Positions 1-10,967 of a stretch of 64,000 nucleotides of DNA are shown here, in pieces. This stretch comes from Heteronotia binoei. Lineage: Eukaryota. The stretch spans positions 24,428,001-24,492,000 of the forward strand of contig NC_083233.1 in NCBI RefSeq assembly GCF_032191835.1, read 5' to 3'. The notes below the pieces were generated by a model, which was given only the letters and a program-made list of their open reading frames with translations, made no database searches and was not told the DNA's origin. Position numbers and translations under genes: made by a program. Position 1 is the stretch's first letter; each line of letters opens with the position of its first letter.

Positions 1-293
1 TTTTGTCATCACAACAACCCTGTGCGGTAGGTTAGGCTGAGAATGTGTGACTGGCCTAAGGTTACCCAGTGAGTTTCCATGGCAGAGTGGAGGTTTGGAC
101 CTGGGTCTCCCAGATGCTACCCTGACACTTGAACTGTTGCAATGCAGTGGCTTTCCCCTGTGCTTGCTAGCCCTGGAAGAAGAGACGCACCTTAGTGGAG
201 ATCCTTGGTTGCTCTTTGTTTAAAAAGACATCCAGCTCCAAAGCTAAACTTGTCCAGTTTCGCTCAAAAGCCTCATTATTTCCCCATCCTCAG

Positions 294-472
294 CTTTAAT
301 ATCGCAAACAGAAGCTCTGAAAGAAGAGAACGACAGCTTACGATGCCAGCTGGATGCCTACAGGAACGAAGTGGAGCTCTTGAAGCAGGAGCAGGGCAAA
401 GGCTTCGCTGAAGACGTTTCAAAAGACCAGAAGCTAAAACTCCTTCAGCAGGCTCTGCAAGGCATGCAGCAG
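294..472 (+). CDS. ENOX2: ENOX2 internal coding exon (gene begins upstream of window)
   Basis: cag|CT...CAG|gtatgg; translates (A)LISQTEALKEENDSLRCQLDAYRNEVELLKQEQ...LLQQALQGMQQ, the ENOX2 coiled-coil region. Confidence 0.92.
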
Positions 473-635
473 GTATGGCCACTCTTTCTGAGACAGGCAA
501 GCCGCCACCTGTGGAAGCTCTGAAAGGGTAGCTGGTGCCATACAGATATCTCTGTTGAGCTCCTCTCTCCCCCACCACCAAGTCAAACCGCAGTGAAGCC
601 CGCAGTTCTCTGAAAACACCTTTGTCAGGTTGCAC

Positions 636-726
636 ATAGAAGAAGTGTGCATGCATGCAAAAAGCTCAAACCCAGAATTAAACCTCGTTGGTGTTAAAGG
701 TGCCACTGGACTCAGACTTTGTTCTA
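636..726 (+). mobile_element. Penelope-like element terminal (pLTR) fragment with degenerate hammerhead
   Basis: agaagaagtgtgcatgcatgcaaaaagctc...aaaggtgccactggactcagactttg; same family as 22630-22728 and 33354-33481. Confidence 0.6.
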
Positions 727-2311
727 TAGAAATGCATAACTATTCAGAAGTAGAGCAGATCCTATAGCAGAGCTGGTGAGGCTTCATTTAGAAGTGGCTC
801 AGAGTTCCCAGCAAGTGTTTCTGAAACGATTTCTCTGCTCTCTTTGGATTTATCTCTTGCCCAGCTCCACCACCCTCAGCCTGCCAAAAGTTGTTTTCTA
901 CCTCCAGTGGCCCCACCCTCTCCTTTGCTTACCTTTGTGTCTGGAGTCGTCAGAGTCTCCATGTGGCTCTCTCTTCTTCCTTCAAATCCCTCTTCAAAAG
1001 TCACCTTTTCTGTGGCATCTTTGGCACAAAACCATTAATCTGCATCCTTTTCTGAAGCTAAGCTGCTGAGTGTGTAATTGAACTGGGAACCCAAAATGGA
1101 TTCCACCATTCTCCTGCCTCCATTTTATCCTCACAACAACAACAGGTTAGCTTCAGATAGGTTGAACAGTCCAGGGTCACCCTGTCCTCCCCCCCACACA
1201 CACCTGTCTCATTTTAATTTCCTTTTCCCTTTGTTGCCTGCATTGTGTTAGATGTTGGTCCAGGGAAGCTATTTGCCATTTACTCTGTACAGTGCTATGT
1301 ATATCGATAGCCATTTACTTTTTGGATGTCTTTTAAATGACCCAGCCATGTGGAAACATTTGGAAACAAACAAATAAAATAATTTCCAAAGCTGTGCCAC
1401 TTCCACAAGCAAGGGTCATGTGATTGGGCCATTCTGCAATCTTCTAGCCATGCAGAACTCTCCCTGGAGCTAAACTGGAACTAAAAGGCCCAGTTCAGGC
1501 AGCTCTTGCGGAGATGCCTTCTATGTTCTTAAAGATAGCATAAGGCAAAGAAGCCACAGGGGTGCCATTTCCCCGAAAAATGTCACATGTCTAGATTTGT
1601 TATTAGTCAATCAGAAGAAGTTGATTTGACTTTGTTTTCTGGTATCTCCTTTGATTATCTTTTGAAAATTGTGTAAAGATCCTTTAAAAAATCAGCCAAG
1701 GCAATTTCACTTGTGCTCCAGAGCCATGATGTGGAAGGGTTTCTTCTGCACTTGAAATGTGCTGTGTGACCCATAATTGTTCTCTGCTCTTGTTTATGGT
1801 CTGCTTCCACTGCCCTTTGTATTGGAGGCATAACTCCGCACAAGATGGATCTTGCTCCAATTCACTGAGGGAAGCAAACAAAATCTCTTCTCTGTCTATA
1901 GGAAGGGCATCTTGTACTCACTTCACAGGGCCTCTGTCTTGAATGGTGGGATGAACCCACCCCCCCAATCCTGCCTGCCCTATCCCCCCCTATCCTGCTC
2001 TGCAGTAACAGAGTATCTCCAGATCCCCTCCTAACAGCCTTGTGCCATGGATATTCCTCCCCTCCCTTCCTAAGATAAAAAGAGGGGGAAGAGAGATCCA
2101 GACAGCTGATTATGCATGCCTGACAGTTAGAATCAGGGAGAAAGGGATGGCGTGGGAGTGCTGACATTTACCTATCTGATGTGACTGTTGGTTTTGCATC
2201 ATTCATTTTTAGCAAAACCAGGCTCTCCCTCAGAGGCGGAGTGCCCTAGAACTGTAAGCCAGTCCATGTCTCCCAGCTAATCCTAGCACTGCTATTCTCC
2301 CCCACCCCCAG

Positions 2312-2419
2312 CATCTTTTGAAACTTCAAGATGAGTGTGAAAGAAGAGCTGCTGAACTGGAAAAAGCCAAGGAAGAAAAACTTCGGCTAGACACATTGAT
2401 AGAAAGCCTGAAAGAAAAG
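2312..2419 (+). CDS. ENOX2: ENOX2 coding exon
   Basis: cag|CAT...AAG|gtagga; HLLKLQDECERRAAELEKAKEEKLRLDTLIESLKEK, phase 0/0 continuing the previous exon. Confidence 0.9.
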
Positions 2420-2589
2420 GTAGGAGTTTCCCAATGCTGGCTGTGTGAGCTCCCTTCTGCATATTGTGTGTGATAATAACAGGATTTGACTGGCCCAAAT
2501 ATTTGGTACCGTGGAGTACCTGATACCATCTTTAGCTGCTTTGAGAGTTGTGTGTTCCTCCTTTTTAAAATGCATGGACAATGGATGGA

Positions 2590-2795
2590 AGATTTCCCCC
2601 CAAATAGGGAGTGTGATTTTCACTGGTTTCTCCCCTCCTGCTACAGACCTCTGACCAGCCTTTTTCTTTGGGGGAGGAACAAGTGACCACCATTCTCCCC
2701 ACCACCACCCCACAAGAACAGCAGGGGTGGTCTGATGTCTATAGCAGGAGGGGAGAAACTGGAAAAACACACACTCCCTATTTGGGAAAAATCCT
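2590..2795. mobile_element. Foldback MITE-like element (long imperfect inverted repeat)
   Basis: ttcccccaaatagggagtgtg...ctacagacctctgacc is mirrored by ggtctgatgtctatagcagg...actccctatttgggaaaaatcc. Confidence 0.55.
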
Positions 2796-4584
2796 TCATG
2801 AGAAAATCCCTATTAGGGAAAATCCATCAGACTAAGCCCATCACATCCAAGCCCGCACATTTAAGCCCACTTGTCCCCAACGAGTGGTATTTTGGGAGGC
2901 ATTTTGGGCTCAGCAAGAGCGGGCTGGCAGGAAACTCTCACTCTGGACACAACTCACTTCAATCCTGGAAATGGCTGCAGAGCCAGGCAAACATTTGTCA
3001 ATAAGTTGTGGGGGCGTGGGGGGGAAGAGACAGAGGAATCTGCCAGGTTGGGGGTTTTGTGGTTCATATTCAGGGATCCAGCAATTCTTTGCTTGAAAGA
3101 AACCCCCATATTAAAACCTGCCACCAGGTTAGTCTGAATTCTGTGTTGCATTAACTGATGCCCATTTTATCAGATGTGTGAAATGTTATTGGGATTATGA
3201 CTGACCTTCCTTTTCTCCAACCAACTATAGCAAGAACTGGCTGCTGGGAAAGACTCCAGTGATCACCAAGACCATGTAAGTTCCCAGGGTCTCTCTAGAG
3301 CTTTTTGAGCTCTGAATTTGGGTTTCTACAGGGCAGGCTGACGCGTTTGCCCAGCCTCCAGACTGTGCAGTGAACTGCTTTAAATTAACATTCTCTGTCA
3401 CCTCCCGTGCATTGAGGAGAAAGGCACAGCAGTAGTTGTTTGATGCCCAAAAATAACTTGATGCTGTTTTCTACTTTAGATGAGATGCCTTCAGCTGCCC
3501 TTTGGCAGTTTCTCCCCTTTTTGAAGCGCAGAAGACAAGCAGTCACAAACAGGCCTCCCTTGTGAATGGCTGCTCGCTGACTCAGACGTTTATAACACAG
3601 TGCTCCCGTTTACTAGATTTTTCCGAGACTGCTAGAAAACCACTAAAAACCTTCGAACCTCATTTGGGGTTTGGTTTGGTTTATTTATCAGGAATCGTGT
3701 TCTTCAAAAGGGAGAAACTGCCAAAGGGCAGCTGAAGGAATCTTTGCAAAGAACTCTTTATCTGGCTCAGCCTAATCAGTTGCTCCCTCCTTACGAAAGC
3801 TTAAGTTCTGAATAAAACTAAGTTGCTCTTAAAGGTGCAATCGACTATTTTGTTCCCTCCTATATTATCGCATAACCACTTTCCTAAGAACATGACCTAT
3901 CAGATGGAAGATCCACGCAGTCTAGCTTTGTGTCTCCAGCAGAAGCCACCAGGCCTCTTCTGGGAGCTCACAAGCCAGGCATGACCATTATATAGGCTTC
4001 CACTGTTTGGCTCCCAGTATTTGTACATATGAAAGCTTCACTTAGCTATCACAACTTGGCCCTCCTCTGTGAATTTTGTCTTTTTTTTTTTAAAATCATG
4101 TCAGTTAATTGCCTAATTCGGTGTTGGGTGAAGGTTTCCATTCTTTCAATCCTGAAAGTACAACTAATTGGCTTTATTGGGTGAGCCAGACTTCTGCTAA
4201 CAGGGAAGTGGTTGTATATTTTTGGACTTGGAGAAATACATAATTGTGTGCTTTCAAGAAGTATCCTGTACACATTTTGGACTCGTCAGATGCACACAAA
4301 GGCAACCACCAGTTTATGCAAATAAGTCAGCATCCAGTTTTGTGTTTTGGAGTCTGTAGTATTTTTGTCTGACTTCAAACGTACTTAATTCTCCAGCCGA
4401 CAAGTATACATGCCGCCCTTCCATCATCTTTCTCCCTATGTCATGTCTGTCTGGTACTTTTTACCAGTTGCTGAAAAGCCCAGTGTGGTGTACCAGCTAT
4501 GGCTGATGAAGTAATTCACAAATTGCTGGGGTATCGGAAAATAAATATTTATGCCACAAACCAGTTGCTTGTCTTTGTCTTCAG

Positions 4585-4693
4585 GTCAGCAACTTTTCAC
4601 CAATCTGCTCAGTGAGCCAGGAAAAGGAGAGCATGCTTGAAAGAGGACTCCCCAGCAGCCCAATCAAATCAGAAAGGGAAGCATTACTAGTGG
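4585..4693 (+). CDS. ENOX2: ENOX2 coding exon
   Basis: cag|GTC...GTG G|gtaagg; VSNFSPICSVSQEKESMLERGLPSSPIKSEREALLV. Confidence 0.9.
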
Positions 4694-5380
4694 GTAAGGA
4701 CAACAGCCCCGAGGGTCTTTCTTTCCACCCTTGGAGATGGGCCAGCTCTATGATCTTGGTGGGAAAAACCTCGCTTGTAATTTTCAGTGTGGGCAGTCCA
4801 AATTAATTATGTACTTAAGTCTTTGAAAAGGCTCTTCCTTTCTCCTGGGTGAATTTTCCATCCAATTAAGTCTCTTCTGTGGCATGGGAAGGGTGAAGGG
4901 GTACTGACTCAAAGGCCGTTTTAAGGGCCAATATCTTGTGATCTAAAAGTGCTCATCCTGTCAGTTATATCCCACTGTAATACTCCAAGCTGGGAATCCA
5001 TTTGTCAGCCTAGCTTTCCTGATAGCTCTGGAATTTTATGTTTATATCTGTATACCCTGCTATTCTGTATCTGCTAAAAAGCCATTGGATGCCTTGAGGC
5101 TTCACCCAGTGCCAGAAATGATTGTCTAACATTCTTGGCCTTCATTAGACTTGTCTGTGAAATCTTATGGTTGTAAGATGTAGAGGACTTCTTACATTAA
5201 ATGTATGCTGCTAGGCAGGCCTTAGAGCACACAGGAGTGCAGCTCCTGAACCTTTTTGAAGCTCTCCCTCTTCCTTCCCTTGTTCATTGAATAGTAGGTG
5301 CAGCTACATAACAATCCCTGGATTAGGAGAGTGGGCAGCCAGCCATCAAGGGCTTTGCCACACCCCCAGCAACCCTCATT

Positions 5381-5581
5381 CGATGAAATTGCTGGGCATT
5401 CGATGAAATTGCTGAGCAGACAGGTTAAAATGGATAAAAGGAAGTACTTCTTCACCCAAAGGGTGATTAACATGTGGAATTCACTGCCACAGAAGGTGGT
5501 GGCGGCCACAAGCATGACCACCTTCAAGAGGGGTTTAGATAAAAATATGGAGCAGAGGTCCATCAGTGGCTATTAGCCACA

Positions 5582-5614
<33 letters not shown>

Positions 5615-5709
5615 AAAAAAATTTGGCCACTGTGTGACACAGAGTGTTGGACTGGATGGGCCATTGGCCTGATCCAACATGGCTTCTCTTATGTTCTTAT
5701 GTTCTCATT
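5381..5709 (+). mobile_element. CR1 LINE 3' fragment
   Basis: Encodes KMDKRKYFFTQRVINMWNSLPQKVVAATSMTTFKRGLDK (CR1 ORF2 end); tail ggcttctcttatgttcttatgtt; candidate TSD ctcatt. Confidence 0.85.
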
Positions 5710-5747
5710 AACACCTGGAGAAACCTGTTCTCTACTTTCTCCACTTC

Positions 5748-6141
5748 TTATGTGATTTTGGGTGGAGAACCCTTTCTCCACTTCTTATGTGATTTTGGGT
5801 GGCGGGTGGCTTGCTGGCCTTTTGACTGGAGGGGGCGGCCCAGGAGAGCTTCAGGTGAGTGAGGCCTGCTTGGGCTGGCTGGATCTCTAGCCAGCCCAAG
5901 CAGGCCTCACTCACCTTGGGCTCTCCTTTCTTGCATCGGTTTGCTTATGTGATTTTGCGTGGAGAACCCTTTCTTCACTTCTTATGTGATTTTGGGTGGC
6001 AGGTGGCTTGCTGGCCTTTTGACTGGTGGGGGCGGCCCAGGAAAGCCCCAAGTGAGTGAGGCCTGCTTGGGCTGGCTGGATCTTTAGCCAGCTCAAGCAG
6101 GCCTCACTCGTCCAGGGCTCTCCTTTCTTGCATCGGGTTGC
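5748..6141. repeat. Tandem duplication of a 197-bp unit, each unit with a long hairpin
   Basis: Units start at 5748 and 5945; perfect 28-bp stem 5853-5880/5889-5916; second stem 6054-6077/6086-6109. Confidence 0.85.
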
Positions 6142-6169
6142 TTTTGACTGGAGGGCGGCATATGCTAAT

Positions 6170-6637
6170 AATAATAATAATAATAGCTTTTATTTCTATC
6201 CCGCCCTCCCCGCCTAGGTGGCTCAGGGCGGCTAACAGCAGCTCATACGTTAACATAAATAATAAAACTTTGGATTTAACAATTAAAATTAAACATATAA
6301 AAACCAGTTAGTTAAATTAAAAATGCATAATTTAAGTTACACTATTTGTATATATATATCTGGCAGCAATAAGACTGTTCTGCTGCTGGTTCTGCCAGTT
6401 TAGATAATATTATAGATGGCGGTTCTTTGTACCAGGCAACTCAGCAGTCGATGTCATTATAGGCTTGTCTAAAAAGGGCAGTCTTGCAGGCCCTGCGGAA
6501 CTGGTCAAGGTTCCGCAGGGCCCGCACTTCCTCCGGAAGCTGGTTCCACAGTGCAGGTGCCGCAACTGAAAAGGCCCGTGCTCTGGTGTTTTGGAGTTTG
6601 ACCTCTCTCGGTCCAGGGATGGTCATTTTGTTTTTAC
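6170..6637 (-). mobile_element. L2 LINE 3' fragment
   Basis: Encodes RARAFSVAAPALWNQLPEEVR...FRRACKTALFRQAY; (TTA)n tail; 9-bp TSD tatgctaat at 6161-6169 and 6638-6646. Confidence 0.88.
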
Positions 6638-6876
6638 TATGCTAATGAGTTATGCCAATGATCTCCACCACCTATTTTTCTACAAAACGACCCCTGATGC
6701 TAGGGCATTTTTAAAGCCACATATGTGGATATTGTGCCACATCCTGAGCCCCTTTTCTGCTTGGTGTATAAGTGCTTTAATCAGAAACAGAGGGATGCTG
6801 ATTGTGTACTGCCAACTACTGAGACGTAGGAGTGAGTACAGCAATGGGAGTAACTACAGCAGTGTTATTTCTATAG

Positions 6877-6962
6877 GGATCATCTCAGCCTTCCTGCACG
6901 TCCACCCATTTGGAGCAAGCATTGAATACATTTGTTCCTACCTCCAGCGGCTTGATAGCAAG
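6877..6962 (+). CDS. ENOX2: ENOX2 penultimate coding exon
   Basis: tag|GG ATC...AAG|gtatgt; GIISAFLHVHPFGASIEYICSYLQRLDSK, containing the hallmark ENOX HVHPFG motif. Confidence 0.95.
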
Positions 6963-7252
6963 GTATGTGCTGCCATCTCTGTTTGCTAAGTAGATTAAAG
7001 GATATCAAGTAGCATTCTGTGAACTGAGTGCAACTCTCTGGGTGTTTTGCTACCTTCTAGGTTGTGTCTGTTAAGGAATCTGTCCTTGATTTTAAACACC
7101 TGCAGATTTTCCTCCATTTCTTTCCCAAATGGTGGAAATCATGCTGATGTATATTTTCACATTAATTGAAAAGATCAGGAGCTCTGGACTTTTCCTTAAA
7201 CTGGAATAAGTGATTAAAAGCAGCACATGGGTTATTTCAGGTGGGTGGTATC

Positions 7253-7446
7253 CAGTGTTCCCTCTAAACTGAGTTAGCGTGAGCTAGCTCACAGATTTTT
7301 AGCATCCAGTTCCCACATTTTTGTCTTAGCTCAGGAAAGATGACCTCAGAGCACAATAATTTATGCAGTAGCTCACAACTTTAATGCTAGTAGCTTACAA
7401 AGTAGAATTTTTGCTCACAAGACTCTGCAACTTAGAGGGTAGCTTT
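7253..7446. mobile_element. hAT-type MITE (TIR CAGTGTTCCCTCTAAGCTG family)
   Basis: Other copies at 29099-29292, 40463-40654, 41722-41913, 48052-48240 and a partial at ~63003-63160. Confidence 0.75.
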
Positions 7447-7521
7447 TGATATCAGTTGTGTGAAAGCATGATTCTTTGGCAATGAGCTCTTTTTCTGTGA
7501 TCCACTGCTGTAACTTTTTAG

Positions 7522-7653
7522 ATCTGTGCAAGCGAAGTGGAAGCTCTCATGACTCGACTTCAGCATACCTTCAAGCAGGAGATGAGTGGTGTTGGAGCCA
7601 GCCTGGAAAAAAGGTGGAAGTTTTGCGGCTTTGAGGGCCTGAAGATGACGTAA
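7522..7653 (+). CDS. ENOX2: ENOX2 last coding exon with stop
   Basis: tag|ATC...TAA; ICASEVEALMTRLQHTFKQEMSGVGASLEKRWKFCGFEGLKMT*, matching the ENOX2 rather than ENOX1 C-terminus. Confidence 0.95.
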   Translation: MCASEVEALMTRLQHTFKQEMSGVGASLEKRWKFCGFEGLKMT

Positions 7654-8308
7654 ATTTGAGACTTTGGACATCGGCAATCATCCTGGGCGCCCAAGTTGAA
7701 CAAGCTAGCCATTTTGCACCAGAATGGATTCACCCATGGTGCAGTCACTGCCTCACCTCATAGAACCACTTCAACAAAACTGGGGGCCAATTTGTAAGGG
7801 CTGTAATATTCCTTTTTTTGTTGTTTTCCTTTTTGTACTGAACTGAGCCCTTCAGCCGGGGAGTATCCTGGCAAGTTCTCTGGTCAGTTCTAACACTGCT
7901 GTTTGAATCTTTGATACTTTTTTCAAAAAATGCTGTAGCTCAAAACATTGTAATAACAAATTTATACATGAGATCCTCAGACCTGTTAAAATGTTTTTAC
8001 TTTTGACAGCAGCTATAAAATCTGAGTAACCGCAGAAGTAAGACTTTTACTGACTGCTAGCATCTTCTTGTAAACATTTAAGGTTTCTCTTTTTTATCGG
8101 TAAAAATGTTTGTTATTTTGTGGCAGAAAGGACTTGTAGAGTGCATTTGGAAATACTGGAAGGGCCTGACTATTCTGTACGAAAGCAGAGAACATACAAA
8201 CATCAAGCATTTTATTGCCAGAGCTGTGATTGCTCTGTTTCCTTATGGGGCAGGAATTAATGTTGCAGCAACGTGCATTCCAGTTTAAGACAATGTATTG
8301 GCTAAGAA

Positions 8309-8619
8309 GGAGCCCCATGGTGCAGAGTGGTAAAGCTGCAGTACTGCAGTCTGAGTTCTCTGCTCATGACCTGAGTTTGATCCTGGCAGAAGCTGGGTTC
8401 AGGTAGCCGGCTCAAGGTTGATTCAGCTTTCCATCCTTCCGAGGTCGGTAAAATGAGTACCCAGCTTGCTGCGGGGGGGGGGGGGGGAATGTAGATGACT
8501 GGGGAAGGCAATGGCAAACCACCTCACCGTAAAAAGTCTGCCATGAAAACATCGTGATGCGACGTCACTCCAGAGTCAGAAACAACTGGTGCTTGCACAG
8601 GGGACTACCTTTACCTTTT
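8309..8619 (+). mobile_element. Sauria SINE
   Basis: tRNA-like head ggagccccatggtgcagagtggtaaagctgcagtactgcag; tail gggactacctttaccttttt; 12-bp TSD tattggctaaga at 8296-8307 and 8620-8631. Confidence 0.9.
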
Positions 8620-9165
8620 TATTGGCTAAGATGTCCTGATTTGGATAGCCCAGACTATCCCAATCTTGTGAGAGACCACCAAGGAATACTAGGATCACAA
8701 CTTGCTGTGAAAATCCCACAGAGTTGCAATAAGTCAACTGTAACCTGATGGCAAAAAAAGGGGGTAAGATCTTCTTTGTGGTCTCTGTGCAGTCCCACAC
8801 ATGGGTTATCCGTCTGGATCAAACCCGACCTTGGAGAATTCAAAGCAATCTTAAGCGTTAATTTTGGCGCGCACTCCCTCTCGTTCTGGGGAGGAGGCAT
8901 CCACCACACATGCCTAGAACAGGAAAGAGGCGCTCCACCCACCCAGTTTCTTCTTTACCGCCGTCCGGGATACACCAACCTCGCTGCGTCTCCGTCTTTT
9001 CTCTGCAATCTTCACCTCGCTACTTGCGCCTTCATCGTTCTTCATTTCAAATTTTCATCTTCACCTCTCCGGTATCGTAAATAAATAAATCTTTTATCTA
9101 TCCTTTCTTATCTTTCTCTTTCTCTTTCCCCTTCTCCTCGCCCTCCCCTCCCTCTTCCCGGGCAG

Positions 9166-10967
9166 ATGGAAGGGAAGGACAACAAAATCACTTTTAAAAA
9201 GTGTACTCAGTGTGGGGCTAAGATCCCGTCTACAGACGGACACTCCTTGTGCCTTTTCTGTTTGGGGGAGACCCATAGAACCGACACTTGCCTCCACTGT
9301 AGTCAGTTTGGGAAGCAGGCTAAAAAGAATCGCACGGCCAGGCTCAAAAGCCACCTTCTGGAGTCATCTCTACGGCCTGTGATGTCTCAAGCCTCGGGAT
9401 CTCAAATTTCGCCATCATCCCTAACCACGCAAAGGGAAATGGCTTGACCGGCAGCTTCCGTCGCATCGGCTCCCACTGACATCACAGTGTCAGACGTAGT
9501 TCATGACTTGGTGCATGCAGACTTGCCGACGGGCTCTTTTCTCCCTATGCTCCCGGTTCATCTAGAAGCTGTCACGAGCTGGGGCTGAGTCAGGCAAAGT
9601 CCAGGGGCAGTCCAAGGTCGGCAACTCGTGAGCAAGGTGGGTCCAAGGCGCCAAAACAGAATCGCAATCCAGGTATCACCGGTCAGAGGTTCAGAAGCCG
9701 AAGTCAGGGGGTCCAGAGGTCCAAGCCAAAGTCAGGAATCCAAAAGCCAAAGTCAAGAGCTGGAGTGGATGCTAGGATGTCAGGTATGTGACTAGTTGCT
9801 TCCACAAAGCCTCCTCCCAAAGCCCACAGCTATATAGCCCTCTGCTGCCTGTTGCTCATTTGGGCTAATTGCTGTCTCAGAGCAGCAGCCAGGATCCTGC
9901 CGAAACTTAAGCATCCTCACACTTAGAAGGGCCAGAATCCTTTCACCACTCAGGGCTCAGGGAGCGTCTTGCTTGTGAGCGTGCCGCCCTCCTCCGATCC
10001 CTGAGGTCCTGACGAAGGCGGTCACGCACACGACCCACCAGAGAGGGCGAGGCAGGGGGGCTTGGATCTTCTTCAGGAGGAGGCAGGGGCACTGGTGCAG
10101 GTGGCAGGGGCACCGTTCCTTCTGCAGGGTCTGCAGGCTCGGTTTCTTCTGCAGGGTCCCCAGCACCCATGACAGAAGCTTTAAAAGAGGCATGGGACAC
10201 ACCAGCATCAGTCCCACCTACATCCAAGAGGATTGAGTCTCTATAAAATTCATGCACCAGATTTAAAATTTCTGTTCAACCATCCGGCGTCCAATTCTAT
10301 GATCGTTCACTCATCATCAAAGTCTAAGCAGACGCGCCACTCGGTTCCACCTGATAAAGAGGGAAAAAATTGGATACTTTAGGGAGAAAGATCTACTCTC
10401 TTTCCACTGCTACTTCAAAAATTCACAACTATCTGGCGTATTTTTCGACATACACATTTAATTTGACCTCCCAACTTAATACTTTAGTTCTGTTCTTACC
10501 AGACTCGTTACAGAAACAGGCATTGCACATCCTTCAGGAGCTCTCTCACGTCAGTAAGCAGCAAATTAATTCAGTGCGTCACGCAGTGGCGTGCTCATCT
10601 AGAACCATGGCCACGTCCATCGCCCTACGCCGCCATGCCTGGCTCTGTTCTACTTTACAGCCTGACATCGTTCAAAATCGAAGACCTACCTTTTGATGGT
10701 CAAGGACTCTTCAATGCCACTACAGACGACATTTTAACCACAGTCGATGACAGCAGGAAAAGGGCTAAGAGGTTGGGAGTCAACCAGCAACAGTCTCAGC
10801 CAAATCGACAGAGAGTTTGGAAACCCTCATATTATAAGCGGCCCCGCTCTCCTAAACAATCCGATTTCTGGAAACGCAGGGCACCTCCAGCCAAACAGCC
10901 ATTCCATCAAAAGGCCCATCCACAAACCACAAAGAAGACGGCCCCAGCGTCGAAACCATCTCTTTGA
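9166..10967 (+). pseudogene. DIRS gag-like ORF1, disrupted by stops, frameshift and solo LTR
   Basis: N-terminal Cys/His motif CTQC...HSLCLFC...H...CLHC; C-terminal region (RKIYSL...AVACSSRTMATSIALRRHAWL...EDLPFDGQGLF) typical of DIRS gag/LAP2alpha-like domain. Confidence 0.8.
9570..10174 (-). mobile_element. Solo LTR (605 bp, probably Gypsy/Ty3) nested in DIRS gag
   Basis: Termini TGTCA...TGACA; 5-bp TSD GAAGC at 9565-9569 and 10175-10179; TATA-like GGCTATATAG on the minus strand near 9830. Confidence 0.9.

Larger units (their letters stand above)
5215..6696. mobile_element. Non-autonomous DNA element interrupted by CR1 and L2 insertions
   Basis: Ends ctccaccacctatttttctacaaaacgacccctg; a shorter uninterrupted relative lies at ~14030-14215; left boundary approximate. 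Confidence 0.55.

Noticed and set aside
5748-6141. CRISPR-like or regulatory array
   Set aside because: Only two long units with no unique spacers; eukaryotic context; lies inside a DNA element.
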